This document shows positions 1-14,045 of a DNA stretch of 64,000 nt, in pieces. The stretch lies in assembly GCF_009914755.1 (NCBI RefSeq), contig NC_060931.1, one strand, 5' to 3'. Under the pieces are notes generated by a model. That model was not told where the DNA came from. It saw only the letters and a program-made list of their open reading frames with translations, and searched no databases. Each line of letters starts with the position of its first letter. The stretch's first letter is position 1. The translations under genes were made by a program, and so were the position numbers. This DNA comes from the human T2T-CHM13v2.0 reference genome, Homo sapiens.

Positions 1-690
1 AAGCAAAATGTTGGTGAGGCTAAGTATCCTCTGACCTATTAATTGCCGGTGAGAGTATAAAATTCCTTACTCACTTTGAGAAATTGCAAAGCAATTTCTT
101 ATAAATTAAATATATATCTACTATTTAACACAGTGTTTTAATTCCTAGGTAGTTACATAAACAAAATCATCGAATAGACTTAGAAAAGAATGTGGAACCC
201 TTCTTCATGATTTACGATATACAATACAGAAACCATCCAAATGACCAACACCAGAAGTATAGACAAGCAAGTCATGGTATGTATCCATCCAGTGACACGC
301 TATTAAGCAACAACAAACAATAAACAATAATAATTGCATACAACCTCACTTATGTAAATATGCAAAATATCAGCAGTGGATCTCAACTATGTATAATCAT
401 CATGAATTGATCTTGAAAATGTTATGGTAAGAGAAAAAGCCAGACAAAAATGAATAGTGTACTTACTGCATGAATCCAAACTGAAAATTTATCTATGATG
501 ATTGAAAACAGTTGCCAACATGGGGAGAAACTGACTGGAGAGAGGCACTGTAGGACTTTCTGTGGAAAGAGAATAGAAATACACTACGACTTGTTTGGGG
601 TGATGGTTTACAGGCCTGTAAAAACTCACCTAAATGACCACTTAAAATTTATGCATTTTTTCAGCAATAATTCAAAGAAAAACTTGAAGT
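1..690 (+). mobile_element. Old L1M (L1ME/L1MC-like) 3' end relic
   Basis: Degenerate L1 3' motifs, e.g. gaaaccatccaaatgacc...tcatggtatgtatccat and gtaaaaactcacc...cacttaaaatttatgcatttt; boundaries approximate. Confidence 0.55.
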
Positions 691-1949
691 TTTAAATACA
701 TAAAACTGTACAAATATTAAAATATATATCTATAGGTAATAGAAAATCTTCATTCTGGTTATGCTTATATGTTGGGTGAAATGTCAGCAATAATAACAAA
801 ATACCTTCTTTGAAAATTTCAGTTTTCTTATCTGATATGGAACAAAAATTCTTGCAACAGAGTACTGAAATGATTATTTGAATACAAACAAGGATAAAGA
901 CTGTTTCTTCACTGAATTGCCCCTGAAATCAATATTTGTAAAATACTTCTCATTATATTATCTTTTTCTTGAATAAAACCTGTTTTAAAAGTACACGTAT
1001 TTTTACACACTATTAAATTTGCATGGTTAGTTACCCTCCAAAAACTCAATAATTATTCTTTTCAACTGATAACTAAGAGAGTGGAAACAAGAACTCCTCT
1101 GGTTAATTGCAAAGCAATGTGGTTTTCCCAACAGGGTATCTTTTCTAAGTAGTACTCTACCATCTGCAACCCTTAGGCTATAAATTCTGAAGATGGATGT
1201 AACAGCAGCTTGAAAACAGGACTTTTCAAACTGAGAGATGTTAATATTCTTTCCAGTCTTCTGGTATTTGTGTAGTAAGGCTATATCATTTTATGTATAA
1301 AATGCTTTAATCCCCAGGTAATTATATTTTGCTCCTGATGCTTGAAATCATAATGAACCTGAAACCTAAGATTCTGACAAAATCGCATGCTATTTTGCTA
1401 ACAAGTAGCTCGGTGGTTTTAAACCTTGCCTGACTATTATAATCAGCTGGGGTTAAAAAAAGAAAAAAGGTCTTGCCAGGAATTCATCCCAGAACAATTT
1501 AATTATAAACTTAGGAAGTCATGCAAAGGCATCAGTAATTCTTAAAACCTTACCAGTTGATTTTAATATGCAGGCAGGATGTGGAGTCACTGATAAATAC
1601 TAAATGTTGATGCCTATACATATCATCAGAGGAAATAAGTGGGGAGCAGACAGGTGGGAATAAAAGTCGTGTTGTCACTAAATCCTGCACTCCTGGAAGC
1701 AATAATCAGATGGCAGAGAGCTATGATTGGCAGCCTAGAAGAATATGGGTTATACCGAGTGACAGAAAAGATGACAGCTGCAGATTGTAATAGTTGCCTG
1801 CAACTTATTGTGCAAACTATTTTTATTAGTGAATTTGTTATTCTACACAAAGTGAGATTTAGGACATAAGAAAGGCCTAAAGTGGTTTTCAGGTGCATAA
1901 AAATTACCTCTCATTCAAGTTATAAAATGAGGTTTGGTTGAAGTTGTTC

Positions 1950-2010
1950 TTTGGTAGGGCTCAAGAATCTGCATTTTTAATCAAAGTTATTCTGATGCAG
2001 CTTGACCACA
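1950..2010. mobile_element. MER5-like hAT-Charlie fragment
   Basis: ggctcaagaatctgcatttttaa...attctgatgcag resembles the MER5A core. Confidence 0.5.
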
Positions 2011-2154
2011 GTATATGTGTATATAAGTAATGATCTAAAGGATGATGATGCCCTACACAGAATAAATTGTGTGATTTATAAAAAGGGAAGCAGTATCATA
2101 AAAAGAATGTGACACAGAGGAAAAATGAATTAAATGAATTAAAACTACTATTTG

Positions 2155-2473
2155 GTCATTGTTTGGATCATGGGGACAGATCTTTCATAGCTTGGAGGTG
2201 CCTTTGTGATAGTGAGTGAGTTTTCATGAGATCTGGTCATTTAAAAGTGTGTGGCAACTTTTCCAACACTATCTGTTTTCTTCTGCTCTGGCCCTGTGAC
2301 GTACCTGCTCCCCTTCACTTTCTGTCATGATTGTAAGCCTCCTAAATCCTCTGCAGAAGCTGAGCAGTTGCCAGCACTGTTTACTGTAAAGCCAGTGGAA
2401 CAATGAGCTAATTTTATTTATAAATTATCCAGTATCAGATATTGCTTTATAGCAATGCAAGAATAGCATAATA
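2155..2473 (+). mobile_element. MST (MSTB-like) MaLR LTR, 5'-truncated
   Basis: gatagtgagtgagttttcatgagatctgg...ataaattatccagt...ctttatagcaatgcaagaa, running directly into MST internal sequence. Confidence 0.8.
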
Positions 2474-3890
2474 GAAAATTGGTACCAGGAATGGGGTGTT
2501 GCTATAAAGATACCTGAAAATGTGGAAGAAGCTTTGGAACTGAGTAGCGAGCAAAGATTGGAAGAGTTTGGAGGGCTGAGATGTAGACAGGAAGATGAAC
2601 GAAAGTTTTAAACTTCTAAAGACTTCTTAAATGGTTGTGACCACAATGCTGATAGTGATACGGACAATGAAAGGCTAATAAGGTGTTGGGTGGAAATAAG
2701 GAGCTTATTAGGAACTGGAGCAAAAGTCACACATGTTATGTCTTAGGGAAGAACTTGGCTACATTGTGTCCATATTCTAGGGCTCTGTGCAAGTTTGAAC
2801 TTCAGAGTGATATTTAGGGTATCTGGCAGAATAAATTTCTAAGCAGCAAACATTCAATATGTGGCTGGACTGCTCCTAGCAGCCTACACTCAGATGCAGG
2901 AGTAAGGAAATGATTTGAAGTTGGAATTTATATTTAAACAGGAAGCAAAGAGTAAAACTTTGGAAAATTTGCAGCCTGACCATGTGGCAGAGAAAGAAAA
3001 AGCTTTTTCAGGAGAGGAATTCAAGCAGGCTGTGAAGCAACCACTTGCTAGAAATATTTGCATAACTGAAAGGGAGCCAAATGCTAATATCCAGAACAAT
3101 GAAGAAAAGGTCTCAAAGGCATTTCAGAGACCATTGCAGCAGCCCCTCCCAACACAGGCCCAAAAGCTGAGAATGGAAGAGCGGTTTAATGGGCCGGGGC
3201 AAGGGCCCCATTTGCTCTGTGCAGCCTCGGGACACTGTGTCCCACATTCCAGCAGCTTCAGCTCTGGGTATAAGGGGCCCAGGTACAGCTCAGGCTGCCA
3301 CTGTGGAGAATGTAAGCCCTAAGCCTTGACAGCTTACATGTGGTGTTAAGCCTGCAGGTGTGCAGAGTGCGAGAGTGGTGGATTCTAAAGAAATGCCTGG
3401 GTGTCCAAGGCAGAAGCCTGCAGCAGGGACAGAGCCCTCACAGAGAACCTCTGCAAGGCCAGTGCAAAAGGGAAATGTCAGGTAGTAGGTCTCCACTGGG
3501 GCACTGCCTAGTGGAGCTGTGAGAATGGGGCCACTGTCCTTTAGACCTGAGCATGGTAGAGCCATCAACAGCTTGCACCTTGTGCCTGGAAAAGCCACAG
3601 GCACTTAAATCCAATCATGAGAGCAGCCTCAAAGGCAGCACGCACTCTGCAAAGCCAAGGTAGTGGAGCTGCCTAAGGACTTGAGAGCCTGCCCCTTGCA
3701 GCAGTGTGCCTGGATGTGGGACATGGAGACAAAGGAAATTATTTTGGAGCTTTAAGATTTAATGACTGACTGCCCTGTTGGGTTTTGAATTTACACAGGG
3801 CCCGTAGCCCCTTTCTTTTGGCTGATTTCTCCTTTTTAGAATGGGGATGTTTACCCAATGCCTATACCCCAAATGTATCTTGGTAAATAA
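2474..3890 (+). mobile_element. MST-int MaLR internal region, 3'-truncated
   Basis: Starts gaaaattggtaccagg...ctgaaaatgtggaag..ctttggaactg, the THE1/MST-int 5' signature; ends cccaatgcctatacccc..tgtatcttgg with no 3' LTR. Confidence 0.85.
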
Positions 3891-3989
3891 CATATGATAG
3901 AAGTAAATTAATTAATTTTGACTCATTTGATTTAATTCATGTCTTCATTCAACTGAATATTTGTTTTGTCTCCCTTCTTTGCCAATAGT

Positions 3990-4155
3990 GGCCAGATGTG
4001 GTTGCAATCAGAATCACCTGGGGAATGTTTTTATAAACACTGATATTTGGATCTCACATTTAGGGATATACCAGGGCAAAGCCTGGGAAGTGGGAAGTTT
4101 TTAAAACATCCTCAGGTAAATATTAATATTAAGCAAATTTTGAGAACAACTGCTT
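3990..4155. mobile_element. MER5A/B-like DNA transposon
   Basis: atcagaatcacctgggga...ctcaggt...ttttgagaacaactgc. Confidence 0.6.
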
Positions 4156-4934
4156 TATGTTCAAGTAAATTGGGCTATTAACATTATTCAACAAATTGAG
4201 AGTTATGTGTTAAGAATTGTTCTAAAGAATTTGAAATACTAAATGAGCCTTGGTTTCTTAATATTTTAGAATATTGTCAAATTACTCTAATATGGATAAG
4301 CTGAGTATTAGAGAAAATAAAACAGTAATTTAACAGAGTACTACAAAATTATAGTTAGTATAGTTGTAATTTTGCACAATGTATCCTTTTTCCCACTTTT
4401 TCTCTACCCAGGAAAGTAAGTCCCTCTCTAGCCAATATTGGAGCGTGTTTGTTTTATTTTACAGCAGAAGTATACTGATTTACCTAGAACTTCTTTAGAA
4501 AAGCATATCATAAAATATTTCAGAGCCATTCACAATCTAAAGTTCTGTGTAAGTGATAAATAAAAATCACCTGTGTTTGACTCCATTCTCATTGATCATA
4601 TTGCAGTTCTATTAAGATCTTTTGACTCCAGAGCCTATTCACCTGCCAAACATTTAAATAAAAGACATTTCTAAGGGAGCATAACTGCACATAATCATGC
4701 TATTTCATTTTAGGTCTATGGCCATAAAAAATATTTTGTTCCTGCAAAATGACAGAAATAATAGTATTATTAATCTAAATTAAAAGGTAATATATTTTCT
4801 CTGTTTTGTGATGTTTTAAAAATAAATAAAAACTAGAATATATTCATTTTAAACTTACTTTAAAAAATATTTTGGTATGTCTTTACTGTGTATATTTGAT
4901 ATGGGATAAATAAAAAAGTATATAGTTTGGGTTA

Positions 4935-6028
4935 TAGTAGTACTCCTTATCCTTGGGGGATGTGTTCCAAGACCCCCAGAGAATTCATGAAAGCATGGAT
5001 AGTACCGAACTGTAAATATACTGATTTTGTATAACTTACGATAGAATTTAATGTATAAATTAGGCACAGTAAGAGATTAACAACTGTAACTGATAATAAA
5101 ATAGAATAATTATAATAATATACTTAATAAAAATTATGTGAATGCAGCCTCTCTCTCTCTTTCTCAAAATGTCTTGTTTTATTTTCACCTTCCTTGAGAT
5201 GGTCTGAGATGACAGAATGCCTACGAAATTAGATGAAATGAGGTGAATGATGTAGGCATTGGGATGTAGTGTTTTCTACTACTGACTCCACATCCCTGAA
5301 TCTGTGTAACCATCCCTTACTTGCAGTAAATGGCGTGGTGTCACTCGTTTCAGGGGATCCCTTGCTAAATTCTTTCTATAGGCTCAATGCTTTCTGGTGC
5401 AACACGTTGCCATAAATCAGAACACGTTTCTGTTTATGTCTTCCACCCACACATGCAATGTCTTTTCCATCTTAACTAAGCACTTACCAAGCACTATTGC
5501 TGTAACTGTTGCAGTTTGAGGTGTGACAGGAAAACTAGCACAAATATCTCTCTCTTCTACGATTTCATGGATAGAGGATTTACTCTTACTGTAGATCTTA
5601 GAAATCTACAGCACACAATGATTTTCCCTTCACCTTTCATTTAAAGGAAGCACTTTGTGGCTTCTCTTTGGCATATCCCAATTGCCAGCATCACTAGTGT
5701 TGTGCTTTGAGGCCATTCTTAAGCAAAATAAGGGTTACTGGAGCACAAGTACTTCAGTACTGAGACAGTCAATCTGATAACCAAGATGGCTCTTAACTAG
5801 AAGCAGGGAGTGTAGACAGTGTGGAGATTCCGGGCAAAGAGATGATTCACATCCCGGGCAGGAGGAAGCAGAAGAGAAGGAGATTTCATAATTCTGCCCA
5901 GAATGATGCACAATTTAAAACTTGTGAATTGTTTATTTCTGAAATTTTATGTTTAATATTTTCAGACCACGGTTGACTGGTTAACTGAAACTGCAGGAAG
6001 CAAAATCATGGATAAGAGGGGACTACCG
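4935..6028 (-). mobile_element. MER44/Tigger7 (Tc1-mariner Tigger) internal-deletion derivative
   Basis: Terminal inverted repeats tagtagtactccttatcc / ggataagaggggactaccg; the minus strand carries a degenerate transposase N-terminus (catcttaactaagcactt = KCLVKM). Confidence 0.85.
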
Positions 6029-6151
6029 TGTGTGCCATTTTCCCACATTTTAAAGACTGGCATTAAATGATTTTATAAAATATAGCTATGAGTTATTAAA
6101 AAATCAAAAAAGTAAAATTCAAGCAAAATCATAACTAAAACCTAAAATGCC

Positions 6152-6574
6152 TGTGATAGTTAATTTTAGGTGTCAATTTGACTAGATTAGGGAATACCTA
6201 CAGAACTGATAAAGCATTACTTCCATGTGTGTCTGAAAGTGTTTCCAGATGAAGTAGGCCTGTGAGTCAGTGGACTGAAAGAGTGGGGAAGATCTGTCCT
6301 CCATGCAGGCAGGTACCATTTAATCAGCTGGGGGCTTGGGTACAACAAAATAGCAGAGCGAGGCGGGGGGGGGGGGTTCTTTTCTTTCTCTCCTGAAGCT
6401 GGGGCATGCTCCTCCTCCTGCCCTTGTGCATTAGGCCATAGGACTCTACAGCTTCCTCAGCTTCCATAATAATGGAAGCCAATTTCCCTAATACATGCTC
6501 TCTCTATCTATCTATCTGTCATCTATCATCTATCCCTTATTGGTTCTTTCTCCCTGGAGAACCCTGATAACATA
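6152..6574 (+). mobile_element. MLT2 (ERVL) solo LTR
   Basis: tgtgatagttaattttaggtgtcaatttgactag start, ctggagaaccctga end; approximate TSD atgcc/gtgcc. Confidence 0.85.
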
Positions 6575-6631
6575 GTGCCTAATATATTTATTCATTAGCT
6601 GAATAAAAGCTGAAGAAAGGCAACTCTTTCA

Positions 6632-6841
6632 TCCTGGGTAACACACGGAGATGCCATCACTAAAAAAATAAAACAAAATTGCAAGGCATGGTGGCGCAGG
6701 CCTGTAGTCTTAGCCACTTGGGAGGCAAAGGTAGGACGATTGCCTGAGCCCAGGAAATTTGGTGCTGCAGTGAGCTAGATGGCACCACTGCATTTTAGCC
6801 TGGGTGACAGAACAAGACCCTGCCTCTTCGAAAAAGAAAAA
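6632..6841 (+). mobile_element. AluJ, 5'-truncated
   Basis: End of left arm, A-linker, right arm (ggacgattgcctgagcccagg) and A tail. Confidence 0.8.
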
Positions 6842-6851
6842 GTGGGCAGGT

Positions 6852-7156
6852 GGGCAGGGCATGATGGCTCATGCCTGTAATCCCAACATTTCAATAGTCA
6901 AGGCAAGTGGATTTCTTGAGCTCTGGAGTTCCAGACCAGCCTGGGCAACATAGCAAAACCCTGTCCCTACAAAAAATTGAAAAATTAGCCAGACATGGTT
7001 GCACCTGTAGTCCCAGCTACTTGGGAGACAGAGGTGGAAGGATTGCTTGAACCTGGGAGGTCGAGGTTGCAGTGAGCCAAGATGGCACTACTGTACTCCA
7101 GCCTGGGCAACAGAGTGAGACTCTGTCTCAAAAAAAAAGAGAAAAGACAAGAAAAA
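6852..7156 (+). mobile_element. AluJ, full length, tandem to the previous Alu
   Basis: Dimeric Alu with J-type ggattgcttgaacctgggaggtcgagg and A-rich tail. Confidence 0.9.
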
Positions 7157-7366
7157 ACTCTTAATATAAGATGGAAAATTTATTGGAAATTTTTAATTAC
7201 TAAAACTGTGAGGTTTGCATTTATATCCTTTCCCAAATAAAAATATTTTAAATGATATGCAACATACATGGAAGACAATAGTAAACTACATTATAACTTG
7301 TCACAAAGCTGGAAATTTGTTATTTTACATGCATGTCATAAGCAATAGGTTGGTTATTATAGATAC

Positions 7367-7931
7367 TATGGTAGTTAATGTTAGGTGTCAATTTGACTGG
7401 ATTGAGGAATGCCTACATGGCTGGTGAAGCACTTTTTCTGGGTGTGTCTTACCAGGTGTTTCCAGAGGATACTGATACATGAGTCAGTGGACACAGAGAG
7501 GAAGACCTGTCCTCAAGATGGGCAGTCACCATCCAATCTGCTGGGGGCCTGGCTGGGACAAACAAGCAGAAGAGGGATTTTCTGTCTCTCCTCTCTCTCC
7601 TCTCTCTCTCTCTCTCTCCGTTTACTGTCTTCCTTCTGAAGTGGGATGCTGTTTTTCCTCTGCCTTTGGACATCAGACTCCAGGTTCTTTGGTTTTTGGA
7701 CTCTGGGACTTGCACCAGAGGCCTCCCGGGAGCTCTCAGGCTTTTGGCCTCAGAGGCTTACCTGGTTCTCTGGCTTCCAGACTGAGCCACACTATTGACT
7801 TCTCTGGTTCTCCAACTTGCAGACAGCCTATCACGGGACTTCATCTCTGTGACAGTGTACATCAATTTCCCCTTACAAATCCCCTCTTATATATCCTAGT
7901 GGTTCTGTCTTTCTTGGAGAACGCTAATACA
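7367..7931 (+). mobile_element. MLT2 (MLT2B-like) solo LTR
   Basis: tatggtagttaatgttaggtgtcaatttgactgg ... ggagaacgctaataca, with internal (CT)n. Confidence 0.85.
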
Positions 7932-8566
7932 AATTTATACCATAAACCTCCTAAGGTAACATAATTGTAATACTCTCATATAGTCATTCTAAAAATGTAT
8001 AATACTGTCAAGAAACTTTAAAATACATACTAATAAAAAGCCTCTAATAAAGAATAATAATATTAGAACCGGGTAACTCAGAAATTTAAAAGTTATATGT
8101 TTTTTTCGGCTTACTAAAATTTTTTCGCTGTTTTCAGAATTTGTTTAGAGCAAATACTGCTTCCAAACAGCACATCCCTATTTCACACTTTTAATTTACT
8201 TTCTCCCTAATAGAGATATTTTATAAATATATAAATTATCCACATAAAATATAGTTGAAATGAAACTAGATAAAATATTGCTGTCATTTAAAAAACTCAA
8301 GTTTTTGAGCATCCAATCAAACAAAATTAAAACAAAAATTTCATAGTACAAATTATAAATAAATCAAAACAATTATGTGTATAACAGGAAAACAAAGTAG
8401 TGGGACATTAAACCAAAGCTAGCTTAATAGCATGTCCTATGTATTTAAGTACTATACCATTTAATATGAATAATTTTATTTAAATATATAAACAGTATAA
8501 TTATCCATTACTTCAGCATATTCATTTTTTATTGTCTTTCATTTAAGTAAAACATGGTTCTAATAA

Positions 8567-8756
<190 letters not shown>

Positions 8757-9449
8757 TCATGCCTCTATTTTTATGAAGCCACAATTGTAGATACAATTTT
8801 TGAATTACATTTAATTTACATTTTGATCCTAAATATTTTCACTGTAATATCAAGTTTTGTTTCCTGGTACCGTCCCCCCAGTAGGGTTAAAAACTTTTAA
8901 AAGTAATGTATAATACTGAGGCAATGAGAGCAGCAGACTGGCAAAGAGAAAAAAGGAAGAGCAGTTCTGAACTTTATATACCTCAATTAGTGGAATATTT
9001 CTAGGAGCTGTTTGCTCTCATTTTAAACAAATGTCTAACACCTTTCCTGTACAGGCACATCCTCTCCTCACTCATTGTTCTTTCTTCAGTGATAAAAGCG
9101 ACTAAACTGAAAAAAAAAAAAAAATTCTCCTTCAGGAGGCTGTTGTGATGTCTATTTCAAGGCGGACCCCCCCTCCCCAGTGGCCTTGACAGTGCTCACA
9201 GCAGGATTATAAGGGGAGGTCCATGGGACCTTATAGCATCCATTACCTCTTTGCCATAACAACACCTTAAAATTGCCAGGAAATGATCCAAAGAGGCGGG
9301 TAATAACTACAACTAATGGCTCATCTCCTGAGAGACTGGCAGGGGTAACTGCTTTGTGCTTTACATCTCTGTAGTCTTGTGACCTTCAAACACCAGCAGA
9401 AATCTTGGCATCCCACATCATTACTCTTTACCTAAGCCTTTATACTGAT

Positions 9450-10920
9450 TTAATTATGGTCACAACATGCCATACCAATCTGACTCCAAAGCTCTTAAAA
9501 TCTACCTCTGAGATTCAGTTTTCTTTAGCAATTCTAGAATTCAAATTCTAGAACTTATAATTCTCCCTAAATTCTAACCCTCTTCTCTTGATATTTTTAG
9601 TGACTCTAATCCCCACGTAAGTGATTAATCTAACACTCTGGGTTTAACCATCTCACTTCCAATAGTAATTATCTTTACCCCAATTCAGCTACCGATTCTA
9701 CTGACCATAGCCTAGACTCCATCATTACCAGTAGCAGCAACCCTCCAATGTCTTGACTTCAAGGATCCCACCATACTATCATGACATCCAGTCTTTCTGG
9801 CTCATTCCATCTAGTACCCCAAAGCCAACCCAGTTTTATCTCAGTGGGATTATCAACCTATTGATTTAGCTTAGTTATCTATTACTGACATATGCATTAT
9901 CTATTACTTTCCTTATATGCTTATCGGCCTTTTAATCCAGCATAGATTCCCGACTCATTATTGTCATTTTATTGTACACCGTATGAACTTCTTGGCCCAA
10001 TTTTTCCTCAGTGCTACTTTCCTAGTTAAAATTCAGCCCAACTTAATCCCAACTGAAACCCAGACAGCTGGTCCTATCTGTAGAAAATGATATAATCATG
10101 GTGCTAGTTATCACTGTAATTTTTAATGTAAAACTCAAGTTGCCTTTTAGCACTGCTAGTCATTCACAATATTTTCCTAGCCATTCATTCTCCATTTATC
10201 CAAGAATATTGCTTCACAGCATCTCTCTCCCCGTACTTAGATTATTTCAGAGAGTAAAGAGAAACAAAAAGTACTGCTGTCTTCATTCCATATCAACCTA
10301 TATCTCTATTATTACATAAAAACTGAGATTTGTATTCCTATTAAAATGGATAAAATGTGCTTATTCCTAAGGGCAGTGATTCGCCTTAGAACAACTTTTA
10401 TTCTTGCCTATTCAAGGACTCTGCTCCTGTGAATATCATGTCTCTGTCGAACCTGCTGCACACACACACACACTCACAGAAAGAGAGAGAAAGAGAGGGA
10501 GAGAGAGAGAATCCTGTAATAGTTTTAATCCTAAAGTAATACATTGAAAAAAGAGTCTCACTCCTTGACTTTCTTCCTACTGTGGTCCCATATATACACT
10601 CCTCTTCCAAATGGAACGCTATGAAGTGGCTTTCTATACACACTCTCTGTACTTTTTCAGTAACCATTCTCACTTGAACTCATTCCAAATAGGTTTTAGA
10701 CCCATCCAGGCCACAGAAACTGTTCTTATCAAGGTCTTAAAGAAATTGTATCTTGCCAAAACCAATAATCAATTTCAGACTGCATCCATCACTTAACTCT
10801 CAGAAGCATTTGATATAGTCAACCATTCCTTTTTGGAAACAATTTCTTCACTTGGCATCCAGAACATTACATTCAGCTGGTTTTATTATTACTTTACTAA
10901 CAGTGCCTCTTTCTATCAAA
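9450..10920 (+). mobile_element. L2 LINE ORF2 relic
   Basis: Residual endonuclease motif HSLDSIIT near 9705 and RT-proximal FQIGFRPIQATETVLIKV (ORF 10611-10796), matching the CR1/L2 Q-GFR--HSTETAL motif. Confidence 0.8.
10476..10510. repeat. (GA)n tract following (CA)n at 10459-10472
   Basis: Seen directly. Confidence 0.8.
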
Positions 10921-10922
10921 GT

Positions 10923-11398
10923 CAGAGGTTATTTTCTTATTTTATGCCATAGTGCTTTCAGGAAATCTAATGAAATTTATGAATTTCTTTAGAATATTTT
11001 TAAATGCGTAGGTTTATCAAGGAAAAATTTATATCAATACTAGTTTCCAAAGATGTACTTTCAAACCTTTGGTGTGCTAGTAGATATGCTTCTTTATGAA
11101 TGCATTAAATAAGAAGATCTAGTAGTGGGTCTACTAACTATTTTGAACTTGTGATAAGCATAAGTATCTTAAGTATCATAATAATAAAGAACAGCAATGT
11201 GATATGAAGTTATCTGTGATTACTATTGATGAAGTCATAGAATTGCTAACATTACTACAGTCTTTGCTTATACTTGTATTTGAAAAAATTGCTACATCAC
11301 AATTAATGATTTGTAAAAATAAAGAGGTAATGTTTCACCTGCCTAAATTCATTAACACCCTAAATTCTCTCCCCATATCCCTTTGTTAAGAACTTCTA
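10923..11398. mobile_element. hAT-Charlie DNA transposon (MER119-like) interrupting L2
   Basis: cagaggtt...ttatgccatag start and gttaagaacttct end resemble Charlie TIRs; L2 resumes afterwards. Confidence 0.5.
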
Positions 11399-11399
11399 C

Positions 11400-12260
11400 T
11401 CTAAACATTGGCATGGCCCAGAATTTGACCCACCAACCTTTATTATTATTTTTCTGCTGAAACTTATTTTCCAGGATACCTCCACCAGTTTCATGGTTTC
11501 AATTACTGTTCATTTGCTTCAGTTGCTTACAATTACATCTCTAGTTTAAACTTCATTGTGAGTTTCAGATTTATCCAGCAAACTTGCTACTTGATCTTGA
11601 CACTTGGAAAATGCATGACACTTGGATAATGCATCAACATCTCAAACTGAACAATCAAAAATACTTCTTGATTTCTCATACTTTCTAAAATCTACTATGA
11701 CCCTAGCATTTTCTGTCTCAGTAAATTGTACCATCATGTGTCCAGTATGTGTCTCCCTCTTCTCCACCTTCTAATAATTTGAAACATATACCTGTACTTG
11801 AAGCATAATATAGTATCATATCATGTAGTATAATGTAATATAATATATTCCTCTTCTTAAATCTCAACCACATCTTTATCTATTTTGGGCTAACTTCCAG
11901 CCCCACAAAATCACAAGTATCTCCATATTTTTAAATCTAATGGACATACTTTAATGCTCATTTTCACTGACTTCTGTGAATTACTTGATACTGTTTACCA
12001 CTCACTCATTTAAAAAATATGTTCCCCTTTAATCTTATGTCACAACAATAACCTAATTTACCCTCAACCTTTCCAGCTGTTTCTTCTTGGTTTGGTTTGC
12101 AGACCTGTCTTTCCTTACTTGACCATCAAATATCTGAATACTTCAAGTCTTGCTCTTTGGCTGTCTTCTTTTCTTGTTCTATAACCCTACACAATGTCAT
12201 TCACATACAACCATAAGGTTACTACATACATATAGATCGCTCATAAAGATTTATCCACAC
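11400..12260 (+). mobile_element. L2 fragments
   Basis: ctaaacattggcatggcccaga, catctcaaactgaaca, ctaatggacatactttaatgctcat. Confidence 0.6.
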
Positions 12261-12463
12261 TCCTCCTTCAAGGTTCTAGGAATATAACCGTGAACAAAAC
12301 AAATTCCCTTTTCTCATAGTAGTAACAGCCTATTAATGCCCATATATTATATTCCTATTATTGTGTAACAGATGATCCCAAGGATCCAATATCCAACAAC
12401 TCATGCGGGTTGGAAATCCAGGATCCTCTTAGATAGATGTGTCTGACTCAAACGTCTCTCATG

Positions 12464-12761
<298 letters not shown>

Positions 12762-12957
12762 TCATGAGGTTGCAGTCAGGCTTCCAACTGGGGCTGCAAT
12801 CTCATCTGAAAGCATCATTGAAGGAGGGTGCATTTCTGGGGAAATACCTGTTTCTAAGTTCACACATGTTGGCAAGCCTCAGTCCCTCAATGGATATTAA
12901 ATGGAAACTTCGTGCTTTACAGTGTGGTCCTCATGATTTGACAGTGTGAGTGATTTT

Positions 12958-13015
12958 GTGTGTGTGTGTGCGTGTGTGTGTGTGTGTGTGTATGTGTGTG
13001 TGTGAGAGAGAGAGA
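12958..13015. repeat. (TG)n(GA)n microsatellite
   Basis: Seen directly. Confidence 0.95.
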
Positions 13016-13174
13016 ATGTGCAGAAGCTGCAGTCTTTATAACCAAATCTTTGAAGGAACATACCATCAAATTTACCCTACGTTATTAGTCACACAGAACA
13101 GCAGCTCTGGTACAATGTGGATTCCATTTGTAAGAATCACTGGAGTCCATCTGGGAGGCTGGCTACTATAGTCG

Positions 13175-14045
13175 ACTAAACATCTCTGAGATATCTCAAA
13201 CATACCTCATATTAACATATCCCAAATAGAATTCAGAATCTGATTTCGTGCCTTCCAAACTTGTTCTTATTCTAATGCTCCCTATCTTAATGAATTGTAT
13301 TATTACTCAGTTTATTAAACAATTTCTGACTTCTATCAGTCACCTTGATACTTTTCTTTCCTTCTCATTCTTATAATCAATCTGTAATTCAAATCCTGGC
13401 AAGTTTACCATCTAAATATACTTCAAATTCATCTACTTCTTTCCACCTCTACAGACATCACTCTGGAGCAAGGCACCACAGACCATTACAAGAGTATTCC
13501 ATCCACCTTTATATAGCAGTTTAGGTTCTTCTCCAGTCTGTTCATCACAATGCAGATCCAATTATATTACCCTTTTCCTAATAGCATGAAAACAAGACTC
13601 TTTATACCCCTTCAAGAATCTGCACAGTCTGATACTTGCCTATTTACTAACATTGTATCACACAGAGTCACCTTTACTGGCTTGTTTTCCTACCACAAGG
13701 ACATTATTTCAGTTCAAAGTTATTTCCATATTTATTTTGGTAAAGAACTTTTACATGCATTTTGCTTTTCCTCTTAGAAATATCCTTCTCTTCATACATT
13801 GTAAACTTAACTTCTATTCATTTTTCAGCTTTCCTTGATATTTTAGTAGAAATACCCTTCCTCAATCTAATCTCGTAATATAGCTTATGAACATTTTTAT
13901 GATGGTAATTATGATATTATTTATTATTTTATTAATAACTGTCATATCTTCAAGAGGAAGCATTCTGCCTGACTTTGAATCCATTGATTTCCCCAGTGCC
14001 TTTCAAAGGATTGATGTATATTACTTTGTTAGATAAATGGATGTT
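13175..14045 (+). mobile_element. L2 3' fragments
   Basis: atacctcatattaacatatcccaaa...caaatcctg...tccccagtgcct...agataaatggatg tail. Confidence 0.6.

Noticed and set aside
2915-3604. ORFs of 104-135 aa as genes
   Set aside because: They lie wholly within decayed MST internal sequence
6152-7931. Two same-strand MLT2 LTRs as the ends of one provirus
   Set aside because: They differ in length and internal sequence, the first has its own approximate TSD, and the interval holds Alus and AT-rich DNA rather than ERVL internal sequence
7479-7964. 161-aa ORF
   Set aside because: Read-through of an MLT2 LTR including a (CT)n tract
9165-9186. CTCF-like ccctccccagtggcc
   Set aside because: Lacks the core T of CCCTAGTGG/CCCTGGTGG; too weak to call
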